From the NCBI GenBank assembly GCA_963819655.1, contig CAWFXA010000001.1:128001-192000 (forward strand): 64,000 nucleotides of DNA, given 5' to 3'. Origin of the DNA: an uncultured Chloroflexia bacterium (GTDB lineage: Bacteria > Chloroflexota > Limnocylindria > Limnocylindrales > CSP1-4). How positions within the stretch are numbered: the stretch's first letter is position 1; every line of letters starts with the position of its first letter. A program made the position numbers and the translations under genes. Of the stretch, positions 28,216 to 38,231 are shown piece by piece. The notes below the pieces were generated by a model that worked only from the letters and a program-made list of their open reading frames with translations, made no database searches and was not told where the DNA came from.

Positions 28216-29424
28216 CTACCCGAGCCGCTCGAGCGCGGTCTTCGCCAGCACCCGCCCGATCGCCAGCGAGCTGGTCGCCGCCGGCGACGGGGCGTTGCGC
28301 ACGTGCAGGACCCGACCGGACCCACCGAGGCTGAAGTCGTCGACCATCGTGCCGTCACGCCCGAGCGCCTGTGCGCGAACGCCTGACGGGCCGAACGTCA
28401 GCTGGTCGCCGGTGATCTCCGGGACGTAGCGCTGCAGGTCCCGCACGAACGCGGGCTTCCACCAATCGCGCCACATCTCGGCGACGCCCGTGCGCAGATA
28501 GCGCGCAGCCAGCCGCACGAAGCCCGGGTAGGCGAGGGTGCCGGCAAGATCCCTGATCCGGATGTCGCGCCGGCGGTAGCCCTCGCGGGCGAACGCGAGG
28601 ACGGCGTTCGGTCCGGCCCAGACGGATCCGTCGATGCGTCGCGTGAAGTGGACGCCGAGGAACGGGAACCGCGGATCGGGCACCGGGTAGATGAGGCCGC
28701 GGACGAGCGCCGTCGCATCCGGCGTCAACGTGTAGTAGTCGCCGCGGAAGGGCACGATGCGCGGCTCCGGATCGTCACCCGTCAGACGGGCGATGCGATC
28801 GGCATGAAGACCGGCGCACGCCACGACCGTCGAAGCCGTGATGGTCGCCCCATCCGGCCCGCCGATGACGACCTCGGCGTCGCGGACATCGATCGACGAC
28901 ACAGGCCAGGCGGTCGTGATGGTCCCGCCGCGCGCACGGATCTCGTCGGCGAGGGCGAGCGCGACGCGCCGGAAGTCGATGATGGCTGTCTCCGGACTCC
29001 ATAGCCCGCGCAACCCGGCTGCGTGCGGTTCGATCTCACGGATGCGCTCGGGACCGACCGCCTCGAGCCCCGGAACGCCGTTCGCCTCGGCGCGCTCGCG
29101 GACGGCCTCGAGACGCGGCAGCTCTCTGCTGTCGAGGGCGACCACGAGCTTGCCGCAGCGCTCGACCGGGATCGCGTGCGCGGCGGCGAACGCCTCGACC
29201 TCGGCCTTGCCCTCCCGGCACAGGATCGCCTTCAGCGAGCCCGGCGCGTAGTACAGGCCCGCGTGCAGCACGCCGCTGTTGTGCCCGGTCTGGTGGGTGG
29301 CGAGCTCCGGCTCCTTTTCGACGATGGTCAGGCGCAGGTCCGGGCGCTGCTCGAGGAGGCGGTAGGCCGTCGCCAGCCCGACGATCCCGCCACCGATGAC
29401 GACGACGTCGCGACGGTCGCTCAC
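28216..29424 (-). CDS. lhgO: L-2-hydroxyglutarate oxidase
   Basis: IGGGIVGLA, HQTGHNSGVLHAGLYY, LIYPVPDPRFPFLGVHFT, GVRAQA, NAPSPAATSSL. Confidence 0.92.
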   Translation of the reverse strand: MSDRRDVVVIGGGIVGLATAYRLLEQRPDLRLTIVEKEPELATHQTGHNSGVLHAGLYYAPGSLKAILCREGKAEVEAFAAAHAIPVERCGKLVVALDSRELPRLEAVRERAEANGVPGLEAVGPERIREIEPHAAGLRGLWSPETAIIDFRRVALALADEIRARGGTITTAWPVSSIDVRDAEVVIGGPDGATITASTVVACAGLHADRIARLTGDDPEPRIVPFRGDYYTLTPDATALVRGLIYPVPDPRFPFLGVHFTRRIDGSVWAGPNAVLAFAREGYRRRDIRIRDLAGTLAYPGFVRLAARYLRTGVAEMWRDWWKPAFVRDLQRYVPEITGDQLTFGPSGVRAQALGRDGTMVDDFSLGGSGRVLHVRNAPSPAATSSLAIGRVLAKTALERLG

Positions 29425-30515
29425 GCGGGCGGCGGGAACGGCACGTCGTGGCGCTCGCCGAGGTTCGCGAGGGCTTTCGCATGGACCGCATCGATCACCA
29501 CGCCAACCGCGTCCGCGCGTCGCTCGGCCTCGGCCTCGGGCTCGCCCGCGATCAGCACCCTGCCCGGTGCGCCAGGCACGGTCGGTGCGGCGATGAGCTG
29601 CTCGAGATAGCCCTCGAGGCGCCGTTCGAAGGCACCCGGCGCGTCGACCGCAGCGGGGTCGATCGCGATGAACGTCTGGCCGAGCTCCGATCGACCCTCC
29701 GTGCTGAACAGGCCAAGGATGTTCGGGCCGAACGCGGCGCCGGCCAGGACGCCTGTGAGCAGGTCGACGGCGAGCGACAGGCCGTAGCCCTTGTGGCCCC
29801 CAGTCGCCTCCTCGCCGCCGAGCGGGTGGAGGGCACCGCCCAGCGCCGCCTCCGGGGTCGTCGCCGGGCGCCCGTCGGCGTCGATCGCCCAGCCCACCGG
29901 GAGGGACTCGCCGCGCCGGGCGGCCACCTCGATACGACCGCGCGGGATCGTGGACGTGGCCATGTCGAGGCAGAACGCGCCGAACCGCCCGGCCGGCGCC
30001 GCGATGGCGATCGGGTTGGTGCCGATCAGCGGCACGCGCGCCCGGGTCGGCGCGACGAGCGGCGAGGTGTTCGACAAGGCAATCCCGATCATGCCCTCGG
30101 CGGCGATCCGCAGCGCATACCAGCCGGCGATGCCGAAGTGGTTGGAGGCGCGGACCGTCGCCCCGGCCATGCCCAGGTCACGCGCGGCGCCGATCGCCGC
30201 ATCGACAGCGACCCGGCTGGCGTGGTGGCCCCAGCCGTTCCGGCCGTCGAACAGGATCAGGGCCGGTCGGCCGCCGTCGACGACCGGGCGGGCGGCGGGA
30301 TCCATCACGCCGGCCTCGATCAGGGCGATGTAGTTCGGCAGCCTCGCGGTCCCGTGCGACGCGATGCCGCGTCGGTCGGACGCCACGAGGACGGTCGCCA
30401 CGTCCTCGGCGATGTCCGGCGGCGTCCCCACCCGCTCGACCAGCCTCGCCGTCCAGGCCTGGAGGAGGCCGACCGGGACGGCGAGGCCGTCGACGGGGTC
30501 AGCGTAAACCGGCAT
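29421..30515 (-). CDS. Ldh_2 family (malate/L-lactate/ureidoglycolate-type) oxidoreductase
   Basis: DRRGIASHG, SNHFGIAG, GTNPIA, LDMATS, GGHKGYGL. Confidence 0.9.
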   Translation of the reverse strand: MPVYADPVDGLAVPVGLLQAWTARLVERVGTPPDIAEDVATVLVASDRRGIASHGTARLPNYIALIEAGVMDPAARPVVDGGRPALILFDGRNGWGHHASRVAVDAAIGAARDLGMAGATVRASNHFGIAGWYALRIAAEGMIGIALSNTSPLVAPTRARVPLIGTNPIAIAAPAGRFGAFCLDMATSTIPRGRIEVAARRGESLPVGWAIDADGRPATTPEAALGGALHPLGGEEATGGHKGYGLSLAVDLLTGVLAGAAFGPNILGLFSTEGRSELGQTFIAIDPAAVDAPGAFERRLEGYLEQLIAAPTVPGAPGRVLIAGEPEAEAERRADAVGVVIDAVHAKALANLGERHDVPFPPPA

Positions 30516-31625
30516 CGGTGAGGCTGGCGACGACCCTCGACTCCTCGGCGCGCAGCCTCGCGTAGCCCGGCTTCACGACCTCGTTGATCAGCCGCAGCCG
30601 CTCGTCGAACGGCGCGAAGGCCGATTTGAGCGCGTTGATCGTCAGCCACTCCATCTCGCCGAGGCCGATCCGGAACGCTGCCTCGAGCGCCTGCGAACTC
30701 GCTCGACAGCGTGACGCCGCTCATCAGCCGGTTGTCGGTGTTGACAGTGACGCGGAAGCGGAGGCGGCGCAGGAGGTCGATGGGGTGGTCGTCGATGGAC
30801 GGCGGCGGCCGCGGTGTGGACGTTCGACGTCGGGCACATCTCGAGCGGGACGCGCCGGTCGCGGACGAACGCCGCCAGCCGCCCGAGCTCGACCGATCCG
30901 TCGTCGCGGACCGTGATGTCGTCGACGATCCGGACGCCGTGGCCGAGCCGCTCCGCGCCGCAGTACTGGAGCGCCTCCCAGATCGACGGCAGCCCGAACG
31001 ACTCGCCGGCGTGGATCGTGATGTGGAAGTTCTCGCGCCGGACGTACTCGAAGGCGTCGAGGTGGCGGGTCGGCCGGTAGCCGGCCTCCGGTCCGGCGAT
31101 GTCGAAGCCGACGACGCCCGCATCGCGCCAGCGGACGGCGCACTCGGCGACCTCGACCGAGCGGGCCGCCTGGCGCATCGCCGTCACGAGCATCTTCATG
31201 ACGATGGGGTGGCCGGCCGCCTCCGCGTTGCGTGCTCCGATCGAGAAGCCTTCGAGGTTCGCGGCGACCACCTCGTCGAGGGTCAGGCCGCGCTCGGTCG
31301 ACAGCTCCGGTGCATAGCGGATCTCGGCGTAGGCGACGCCGTCCGCGGCGAGGTCCTCGGCACATTCGGCCGCGACGCGGACGATCGCATCGCGCTCCTG
31401 CATGACCCCGACCGTGTGGGCGAACGTCTCGAGGTAGAGCTCCAGGGACTTGCGATCTGCACCCTGCCGGATGTGCGCCGCGAGCTCGTCGGGATCGGTC
31501 GTCGGCAGCCCGTCGTAGCCGAACTCGGCCGCGAGGTCGACGATGGTGGCCGGGCGAAGGCCACCGTCGAGATGGTCGTGGAGCATCGCCTTCGGCGCCT
31601 GGCGGATCGTCTCCGTGCGCAGCAT
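30499..31625 (-). CDS. add: Adenosine deaminase (frameshifts near 30805 and 30695)
   Basis: [44 protein letters not shown]; next frame [10 protein letters not shown]; then [12 protein letters not shown]. Confidence 0.9.
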
Positions 31626-31740
31626 GGTGGCGGGATGGTACAGGGCTGCGCGGAGCGTGGTCGCATTCGACCATTGACGTGCCGGGGTGGTCCCGTCAGG
31701 ATTCATGTGCGGGGTGCGATCCGCACGGGGAGGTCTCCGG

Positions 31741-32517
31741 ATGAATATCGAGCTCCTGCGCCGCCCGACCCGCCCGACGCGCCCGACGCGCCGTGGTCTT
31801 GTGGCGCTGCCACTCATCGGCTTGCTGTGGATGGGCGTGGCCGCAGCCCCCGTGGGCGCCGCCGGCTCGCCGACGTACCGCGACTGTTCGCAGATCGCCC
31901 TGGCCCCGAACGCCGATGTCCATCGCTGCGACCTGTCCGACGCGACGATCATCGGCCTAGACCTGCACGGTATCGACGCCTCCTGGTCGGACCTGTCGCG
32001 CGTGAACGGCGGCTGCGATCCCGATCTGCCGCGGACGAACCTGGCCGGTGCCCGCATCGCCCGCGCGATCCTGGTCGACGCGAAGCTGTGCGATGCGATC
32101 CTGTCCGACGCGGACCTGCATGGGTCGGACATGTCCGGCGTAGCGCTCGAGGACGCGTCGCTGAACCGGGCGAACCTCTCGTGGACGATCTTGAGCGGGT
32201 CACAGGCGGCCTTCGCGCCGTTCGTGGACGCCAACCTCTCGAACGCCACCTGGCGCGACGGGTTCGCGAACGGGGCGACGTTCGATGGCGCAGACCTCCA
32301 TCGGATCGACTTCCGCGGCACGGATCTGCGATCGGCGAGCTTCGTCGGGTCGGACCTGCGCTACGCGCGGCTCAACGGCGTCGACTTGACCGATGCCGAC
32401 CTGACCGGCGCGAACTGGCGGCAGGCGACCGGGCTCGCCAGCGCGACCTTCTCCAACACGATCTGCCCGGACGGCACCAACAGCGACGCCAACGGCGGGA
32501 CCTGCGCCGGCCACTGA
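31741..32517 (+). CDS. Secreted pentapeptide-repeat protein
   Basis: Signal-peptide-like N-terminus; A(D/N)LSx repeats; C-terminal [10 protein letters not shown]...C; SD GGGAGG. Confidence 0.85.
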   Translation: MNIELLRRPTRPTRPTRRGLVALPLIGLLWMGVAAAPVGAAGSPTYRDCSQIALAPNADVHRCDLSDATIIGLDLHGIDASWSDLSRVNGGCDPDLPRTNLAGARIARAILVDAKLCDAILSDADLHGSDMSGVALEDASLNRANLSWTILSGSQAAFAPFVDANLSNATWRDGFANGATFDGADLHRIDFRGTDLRSASFVGSDLRYARLNGVDLTDADLTGANWRQATGLASATFSNTICPDGTNSDANGGTCAGH

Positions 32518-32584
32518 GTCTCGTGCCGGGGTGCGACCGCGGCGCTGATGCATATATTTGGCTTGCGAGCGGACATGAGGTCTT

Positions 32585-32742
32585 CGATGCGCATGGGCCG
32601 CATCACGGCTCCGCTGGGGCGGGCGGGCGGTCATGTCGCCGATGCGCATGGGCCGCATCACGGCTCCGCTGGGGCGGGCGGGCGGTCATGTCGCCGATGC
32701 GCATGGGCCGCATCACGGCTCCGCTGGGGCGGGCGGGCGGTC
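32585..32742 (+). repeat. 55-bp tandem repeat, about 2.9 identical copies
   Basis: Unit cgatgcgcatgggccgcatcacggctccgctggggcgggcgggcggtcatgtcgc starts at 32585, 32640 and 32695. Confidence 0.92.
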
Positions 32743-32882
32743 CCGACGAACGAGCCGGTTGATCACCCGGGTATGCGGCCTAGGCGCATCACCAGATAGA
32801 GGTCGCTTCGGGGCCGGAGTTTATGCATCACATTGGCGAGAATTGGCGAGACTCACAGCGGCCCGTGCCGCCGCCCACCTCG

Positions 32883-34301
32883 TCAGCCTCGGTCGAGCCG
32901 CTTCCTCGCAGCCGCCAGCGCGTCGGCCACGCGCGTCGGCGCCGTCCCGCCAATGACGTCGCACGAGGCGAGCGCGCCGTCCACCGACGCGGCCCCGCGC
33001 AGGATCTCGCCGATCACGTCGTCCGCGGCGAGGGCTTTGGCGCCCTCGTCGCCGCTGGCGCCCAGCGCGAGCCCGATCATCGAGTCGGGCACCTCGTCGA
33101 GCCCTAGCCGGGCTTCCTCGGCCTGGGCGACCAGCGATCCGACCACGTGGTGGGCGACACGGAACGGGATGCCGCGGCGGACCAGGGCGTCCGCGACGGC
33201 GGTCGCCGTCGTGTAACCCTCGTCGGCGGCTTCACGCATTCGCTCCCGGTCGACCGCGACCGTATCCAGGAGACCTGAAAGCACCCCGAGCGACGCCTCG
33301 TAGACAGCGACCGCGTCGAACAGCGGGGCCTTGTCCTCCTGGAGGTCCCGCTGGTATGCGAGCGGCAGGCCCTTGAGCAGCGTCAGCAGCCCGGCCTGTG
33401 CCCCGATGACCCGGGCGGCCCGGCCTCGGACCAGCTCGGCCGGGTCCGGGTTCTTCTTGTTCGGCATGATCGACGAGCCGGTCGAGAACGCGTCGCTCAC
33501 CCGGATGAACCCGAACCGCGGATTCGACCACCACGTGATCTCCTCCGCCAGCCGGCTCAGATGGACCATGCCGAGCGCGATCGCCCCCACGGTCTCGACC
33601 ACGAAATCGCGGTCGCTCACCGCATCGAGCGAGTTCGCGGTCACCCCGGCGAAGCCGAGCTCGTCGGCCGTCGCCTCGCGATCGAGCGGGTAGCCGGCGC
33701 CGGCCAGCGCCCCGGCGCCGAGCGGCGAGATGTTCGCTCGCCGCCGCGCATCGGACAGGCGGTCCCGGTCGCGCTCGGCCATCTCGACGTAGGCCAGCAG
33801 GTGATGGGCGAACAGCACGGGCTGGGCCGGCTGGATGTGGGTCGTGCCGGGCAGGATGGCGGTGCCTTCGCGCTCGGCGAGGCCGACGAGCGAGCGCTCG
33901 AAATCGAGCAGCGCCTCGTCCAGACGGTCGATCGCCCGGCGCAGCCACAACCGAAGGTCGGTGGCGACCTGGTCGTTGCGCGAGCGACCGGTCTGAAGCT
34001 TCCCGGCGACCGAGCCGATGCGCTCGGCCAGCGCCGCCTCGAGGTTGAGGTGGACGTCCTCGAGGTCCGGATCCCACGCAAGGGTCCCATCGGCGACCGC
34101 GCCGGCCAGCCCGTCCAGACCGCCGATCAGCTCGTCGACCTCCTCCGCGGTCAGGAGTCCCGCGCGACCGAGCCCGCGGACGTGGGCGATCGAGCCGGCG
34201 ATGTCGTCCGCGGCCAGCTCGCGATCGAGGTCGATCGAGCGCGTGAAATCGGCGACCCGCTGGTCACTCTCTTCGGCGAATCGCCCGCCCCACAGTCGCA
34301 T
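32883..34301 (-). CDS. argH: Argininosuccinate lyase
   Basis: LWGGRF, EDVH, GRSRNDQVATD, THIQPAQP, GSSIMPNKKNPD, DLQEDK. Confidence 0.96.
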   Translation of the reverse strand: MRLWGGRFAEESDQRVADFTRSIDLDRELAADDIAGSIAHVRGLGRAGLLTAEEVDELIGGLDGLAGAVADGTLAWDPDLEDVHLNLEAALAERIGSVAGKLQTGRSRNDQVATDLRLWLRRAIDRLDEALLDFERSLVGLAEREGTAILPGTTHIQPAQPVLFAHHLLAYVEMAERDRDRLSDARRRANISPLGAGALAGAGYPLDREATADELGFAGVTANSLDAVSDRDFVVETVGAIALGMVHLSRLAEEITWWSNPRFGFIRVSDAFSTGSSIMPNKKNPDPAELVRGRAARVIGAQAGLLTLLKGLPLAYQRDLQEDKAPLFDAVAVYEASLGVLSGLLDTVAVDRERMREAADEGYTTATAVADALVRRGIPFRVAHHVVGSLVAQAEEARLGLDEVPDSMIGLALGASGDEGAKALAADDVIGEILRGAASVDGALASCDVIGGTAPTRVADALAAARKRLDRG

Positions 34302-34335
34302 GCGCCCCTCCTGCGTGTGACGTCATGCTAGCGGC

Positions 34336-35979
34336 ATGATCGACCCATCTCCGTGGTGGCGGGACGCCGTCGTGTACCAGACCTACATCCGCAGCTTCAC
34401 TGACACGGATGGCGACGGCATCGGCGACATCGCGGGGATGCGCTCGCGACTGCCATATGTCCGCAGTCTTGGGGTCGACGCGATCTGGGTGAACCCGTGG
34501 TTCGTGTCGCCGATGGTCGACGGTGGCTACGACGTCGCCGACTACCGAGACATCGATCCGATGTTCGGCACGCTGGCCGACGCCGAGGCATTCATCGGTG
34601 ACGCACACGCCCTCGGTATCCGGGTCCTGCTCGACATCGTCCCGAACCACACGTCCGACCGGCACCCGTGGTTCCAGGCGGCGCTGGCCGCCGGCCCGGG
34701 CAGCCGCGAGCGCGATTTCTACGTGTTCCGCGACGGACGCGGTCGTGACGGCGATCGGCCCCCGACCGATTGGCCGAGCGTCTTCGGTGGCCCGGCCTGG
34801 ACCCGCGTGGTCGAACGGGACGGATGGCCCGGCCAGTGGTACCTGCACTTGTTCGCGCCGGAGCAGCCCGATCTCGACTGGACGGAGCCGGAGGTCCGCG
34901 CCGAGTTCGAGTCGATCCTGCGGTTCTGGTTCGATCGCGGCGCGGACGGCTTCCGCATCGACGTCGCTCACGGCCTCGTCAAGGACCCGGAGTTTCCCGA
35001 CCTGCGGCGCACCTCGCCGAGCTCGGCAGTCAAGCCTGGACCGTACTGGGACCAGGACGGCGTCCATGACATCTATCGCCGCTGGCGGGCCATCGCCGAT
35101 GAGTACGGCGGTCGCATGTTCGTCGCCGAGGTCTTCGTCTCCAGCGCCGACCGTCTGGCCCGCTACCTGCGGCCGGACGAGCTCCATGCGGCGTTCGATT
35201 TCCATTTCCTGCAAGCGGGCTGGGACCCGATCGCCCTGCGCAGGGTCATCGATGCGCAGCTCGAGGCTCTGGCGCCCGTCGGCACGCCCGCGACCTGGGT
35301 CCTGTCGAACCACGACGTGACCCGGCATGTGACGCGGCTCGGGCGCCCGTCGGCGACCAAGGCAAGGGTGGCGGGCACCGCACCCCCGAAGGTCCCCGTC
35401 ACGGAGCGCACCGACCTCGTGCTCGGGCGGCGGCGCGCCCGCGCCGCGTTGCTGCTGATGCTGGCGCTGCCCGGCTGCGCCTACCTGTACCAGGGCGAGG
35501 AGCTGGGCCTGGAGGAGGTCGAGGACCTCGACGAAGATCAGCTCCAGGATCCGACCTGGCATCGCTCCGGGCACACGGTGCGTGGCCGGGACGGCTGCCG
35601 GGTGCCACTCCCATGGTCGGGCACGGAGCCGCCGTTCGGGTTCGGGCCGCCGGGATCGAGCCCGTGGTTGCCGCAACCGCTCGGGTGGCGCGAGCTGTCG
35701 GTCGAAACGCAGACCGGCGACCCTGAATCGTTCCTCGAGCTATACCGCACCGCGCTCCGCCTCCGACGCGACCACCTCGGGCTCCGCGGCTCGGGGATGG
35801 CCTGGCTGCCGGCCCCTGAGTCGGTGCTCCGATTCGATCGGCCGGGCGGGTTGGAGACGATCGTGAACCTCGGATCCACCCCGATCGAGCTGCCGAGCGG
35901 CCGGCCGATCCTGCTCGCCAGCGAGCCGCTCCACGAGGTGGGGCTGCTGCCGCCCGATACGGCAGTCTGGCTGGGCTAG
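34336..35979 (+). CDS. GH13 alpha-glucosidase
   Basis: WWRDAVVYQ, DIVPNHTS, WYLHLFAPEQPDL, GFRIDVAH, VLSNHDV, YQGEELGL, RDGCRVP. Confidence 0.93.
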   Translation: MIDPSPWWRDAVVYQTYIRSFTDTDGDGIGDIAGMRSRLPYVRSLGVDAIWVNPWFVSPMVDGGYDVADYRDIDPMFGTLADAEAFIGDAHALGIRVLLDIVPNHTSDRHPWFQAALAAGPGSRERDFYVFRDGRGRDGDRPPTDWPSVFGGPAWTRVVERDGWPGQWYLHLFAPEQPDLDWTEPEVRAEFESILRFWFDRGADGFRIDVAHGLVKDPEFPDLRRTSPSSAVKPGPYWDQDGVHDIYRRWRAIADEYGGRMFVAEVFVSSADRLARYLRPDELHAAFDFHFLQAGWDPIALRRVIDAQLEALAPVGTPATWVLSNHDVTRHVTRLGRPSATKARVAGTAPPKVPVTERTDLVLGRRRARAALLLMLALPGCAYLYQGEELGLEEVEDLDEDQLQDPTWHRSGHTVRGRDGCRVPLPWSGTEPPFGFGPPGSSPWLPQPLGWRELSVETQTGDPESFLELYRTALRLRRDHLGLRGSGMAWLPAPESVLRFDRPGGLETIVNLGSTPIELPSGRPILLASEPLHEVGLLPPDTAVWLG

Positions 35980-37169
35980 CTCGCGACCCGCGCCGACGGG
36001 ACGCGTTCGTGCCGGGCTCCGTCACGCGGGAAGGCCCACCAGCCGAGGGCGACCGCGCTGAGCGACAGCACGGTCCCCATCCCGAAGACGGCGGCGGGGC
36101 CGATCAGGTCATACAGCAGGCCGCCGGCGATGTTGGCGATGATCGCGCCGATCCCGAACGCGACGGTCTGATACAGCGACTGACCCGTGCCCTGGAGCTC
36201 CGGCGGCAGGAGTCGGGCGATCGTGAGGACCACCGCGACGACCACCCAGGCGAACGCGACCCCGGTGAACGCTCTGGTCGCGATGATGAGCAACGGCGTC
36301 GCGAGGACCGTCCACGACGCGGTCGCAGCGGCGTAGATCAGGGCGCTCCCGACGAACATGCCACGCAACCCGATCCGTCGGGCGACCGCGGCGGCCACGA
36401 GCATCGCCGGGATCTCGGCGAGGGCCGAGACGCCCGCCGACAGCGCGACGTCCGAGGGCGGGCTTCCGAGGTCGCCCAACCGCAGCGGCAGGAACGTGAA
36501 GCCGCTGATGATCGCGATGTGCAGGAGCATCACCGCCGCGAGGACGCCGGCGAGCCGCGGCGCCACACGGAACGCCAGCCCGGCCGATCCGAAGCGGCCG
36601 CCATGGTCGGCCTCCCCCGCCCCGCCCGCCGTCGCAAGGTCGGCCCGCCTGACGTCGGGTACGAAGCCGGCAGCGAGTGCCATGGCGAGCGCGAACCCGA
36701 TCGTCAGCACGAAGGCGAGCTGGTAGCCCGTCACGTCGTACATGAACCCGGCGGCGATGGTGGACACGGCGAACGCCAGGCTCGTGAGCAACCGGACACG
36801 GGCGTAGCCGCGCCGATCGACATGGTTGACGGTGAGAGCATCGGCGAGCGGCTGCCACGCCGACTCGAAGACCCAATACGCCATGAACAGGACCGCGATG
36901 ATGATCGGCGGCCAGGCGCCGAGCAGCGCACCCGCCGCGGCGGCTCCGCCGATCGCGCACACCTGCAGCGTCCGCGACCTGCCAAATCGGACGTCCGCGA
37001 GATGCCCCCACGCGGGCACGGCGAGGGTGAAGCCGACCGCACCGATCGAGGCGATCAGTCCGATCTCCGCCGGGCCGAAGCCGCGGTCCGCGAGGATGAC
37101 CGGGATGAACGGATACAGGACGCCGAGTGCCGCGCCGAGGGCCAGGGCGAGCAGGCGCAGGGCGGTCAC
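35976..37169 (-). CDS. MFS transporter
   Basis: About 12 hydrophobic segments; WGHLADVRFGR, AEIP motifs. Confidence 0.88.
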   Translation of the reverse strand: MTALRLLALALGAALGVLYPFIPVILADRGFGPAEIGLIASIGAVGFTLAVPAWGHLADVRFGRSRTLQVCAIGGAAAAGALLGAWPPIIIAVLFMAYWVFESAWQPLADALTVNHVDRRGYARVRLLTSLAFAVSTIAAGFMYDVTGYQLAFVLTIGFALAMALAAGFVPDVRRADLATAGGAGEADHGGRFGSAGLAFRVAPRLAGVLAAVMLLHIAIISGFTFLPLRLGDLGSPPSDVALSAGVSALAEIPAMLVAAAVARRIGLRGMFVGSALIYAAATASWTVLATPLLIIATRAFTGVAFAWVVVAVVLTIARLLPPELQGTGQSLYQTVAFGIGAIIANIAGGLLYDLIGPAAVFGMGTVLSLSAVALGWWAFPRDGARHERVPSARVAS

Positions 37170-37247
37170 CGGCTGATGGTACCGTCCGTTGGCATACGGC
37201 AGTAGGCCAACTCACGGGCGCGGCCGATGCGCGACACTGGCTCGACC

Positions 37248-38231
37248 ATGACGACCCCCATCGCGGACGGTGTGCCCGACCACGCCCTCACCGCGACCGG
37301 CCTGGGCCGCCGGTTCGACGATCGCTGGGCCGTCCGAGGCGTGGACCTCGCCGTGCGGCGCGGCGAGGTGCTCGGACTGCTCGGACCGAACGGCGCCGGC
37401 AAGACGACGACCGTCCGCATGCTCACGGCCCTGATCAGACCCACGGAAGGCACGGCGACCGTCGAGGGATTCGATATCCGCGAGGCGCCCGATGCGGTCC
37501 GTGCCCGCGTCGGCATCCTGACCGAGACGCCGGGCCTGTACGACAAGCTGCCGGCGATCGCCAACCTCGACTTCTTCGGACGGCTCTACAGCCTCGACCC
37601 GGGTGTGCGCGCGGAGCGGATCGAACGGTACCTGCGCATGTTCGGGTTGTGGGAGCGGCGCGACGACATCGCCGGGACGTTCAGCAAGGGCATGAAGCAG
37701 AAGCTCGCCATCGCACGTGCCCTGCTCCACGATCCGTCGGTCCTGTTCCTCGACGAGCCGACCGCAGCGCTCGACCCCGAGGCGGCGTTCATCGTGCGCG
37801 AGGCGATCGAGACGCTGCAGCGTGCCGGCCGGACGATCGTGCTGGCGACGCACAACCTCGACGAGGCTGACCGGTTGTGCGACCGCATCGCCTTCGTGCG
37901 CGGTGGGCTGGTGCGGGTCGATTCACCGGCGGCCCTTCGCGCCGCGCTCGGCACCCACGGCTTGACGATCCGCCTGGCCGCTGGCGCGTCGGATGAGCAG
38001 ATCGCAGCGGCGCGCGGCGTCGCCGGTGTCGTCGCTGCAGGTGCGACGGATGGGGTGCTGCGCGTGGGAGCCGACGATCCGGAATCGGTCGCGCCCGGTG
38101 TCGTGCGCGCCCTGGTGGCGAACGGCGCCGACGTCGTCGAAGTGCGTCCCGAGCGCCCTTCACTCGAGCGAGTCTATTTCGAGATCATGGGCGTCACACC
38201 CGGCACCGACGGGATCGAGGACGTCGTCTGA
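37248..38231 (+). CDS. ABC transporter ATP-binding protein
   Basis: GPNGAGKTT, FSKGMKQK, LFLDEPT; start could alternatively be 37227. Confidence 0.92.
   Translation: MTTPIADGVPDHALTATGLGRRFDDRWAVRGVDLAVRRGEVLGLLGPNGAGKTTTVRMLTALIRPTEGTATVEGFDIREAPDAVRARVGILTETPGLYDKLPAIANLDFFGRLYSLDPGVRAERIERYLRMFGLWERRDDIAGTFSKGMKQKLAIARALLHDPSVLFLDEPTAALDPEAAFIVREAIETLQRAGRTIVLATHNLDEADRLCDRIAFVRGGLVRVDSPAALRAALGTHGLTIRLAAGASDEQIAAARGVAGVVAAGATDGVLRVGADDPESVAPGVVRALVANGADVVEVRPERPSLERVYFEIMGVTPGTDGIEDVV

Noticed and set aside
4770-30810. Pseudogenes or programmed frameshifting in the LLM, antitoxin, DUF4395, argJ and add genes
   Set aside because: About nine single-base indels in GC-rich contexts, with no in-frame stops, no slippery heptamers and all catalytic motifs intact; most consistent with long-read consensus errors (needs read mapping)
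32546-32562. ARG-box-like TGCATATATT near argH
   Set aside because: It lies downstream of the argH 3' end, is only a half match, and is better explained as the end of the inverted element
32585-32742. Possible CRISPR array
   Set aside because: Units are identical end to end with no unique spacers, and no cas genes are present
20793-34301. Missing argD/argF as an incomplete arginine pathway
   Set aside because: These genes are often located elsewhere; cannot be judged from one window
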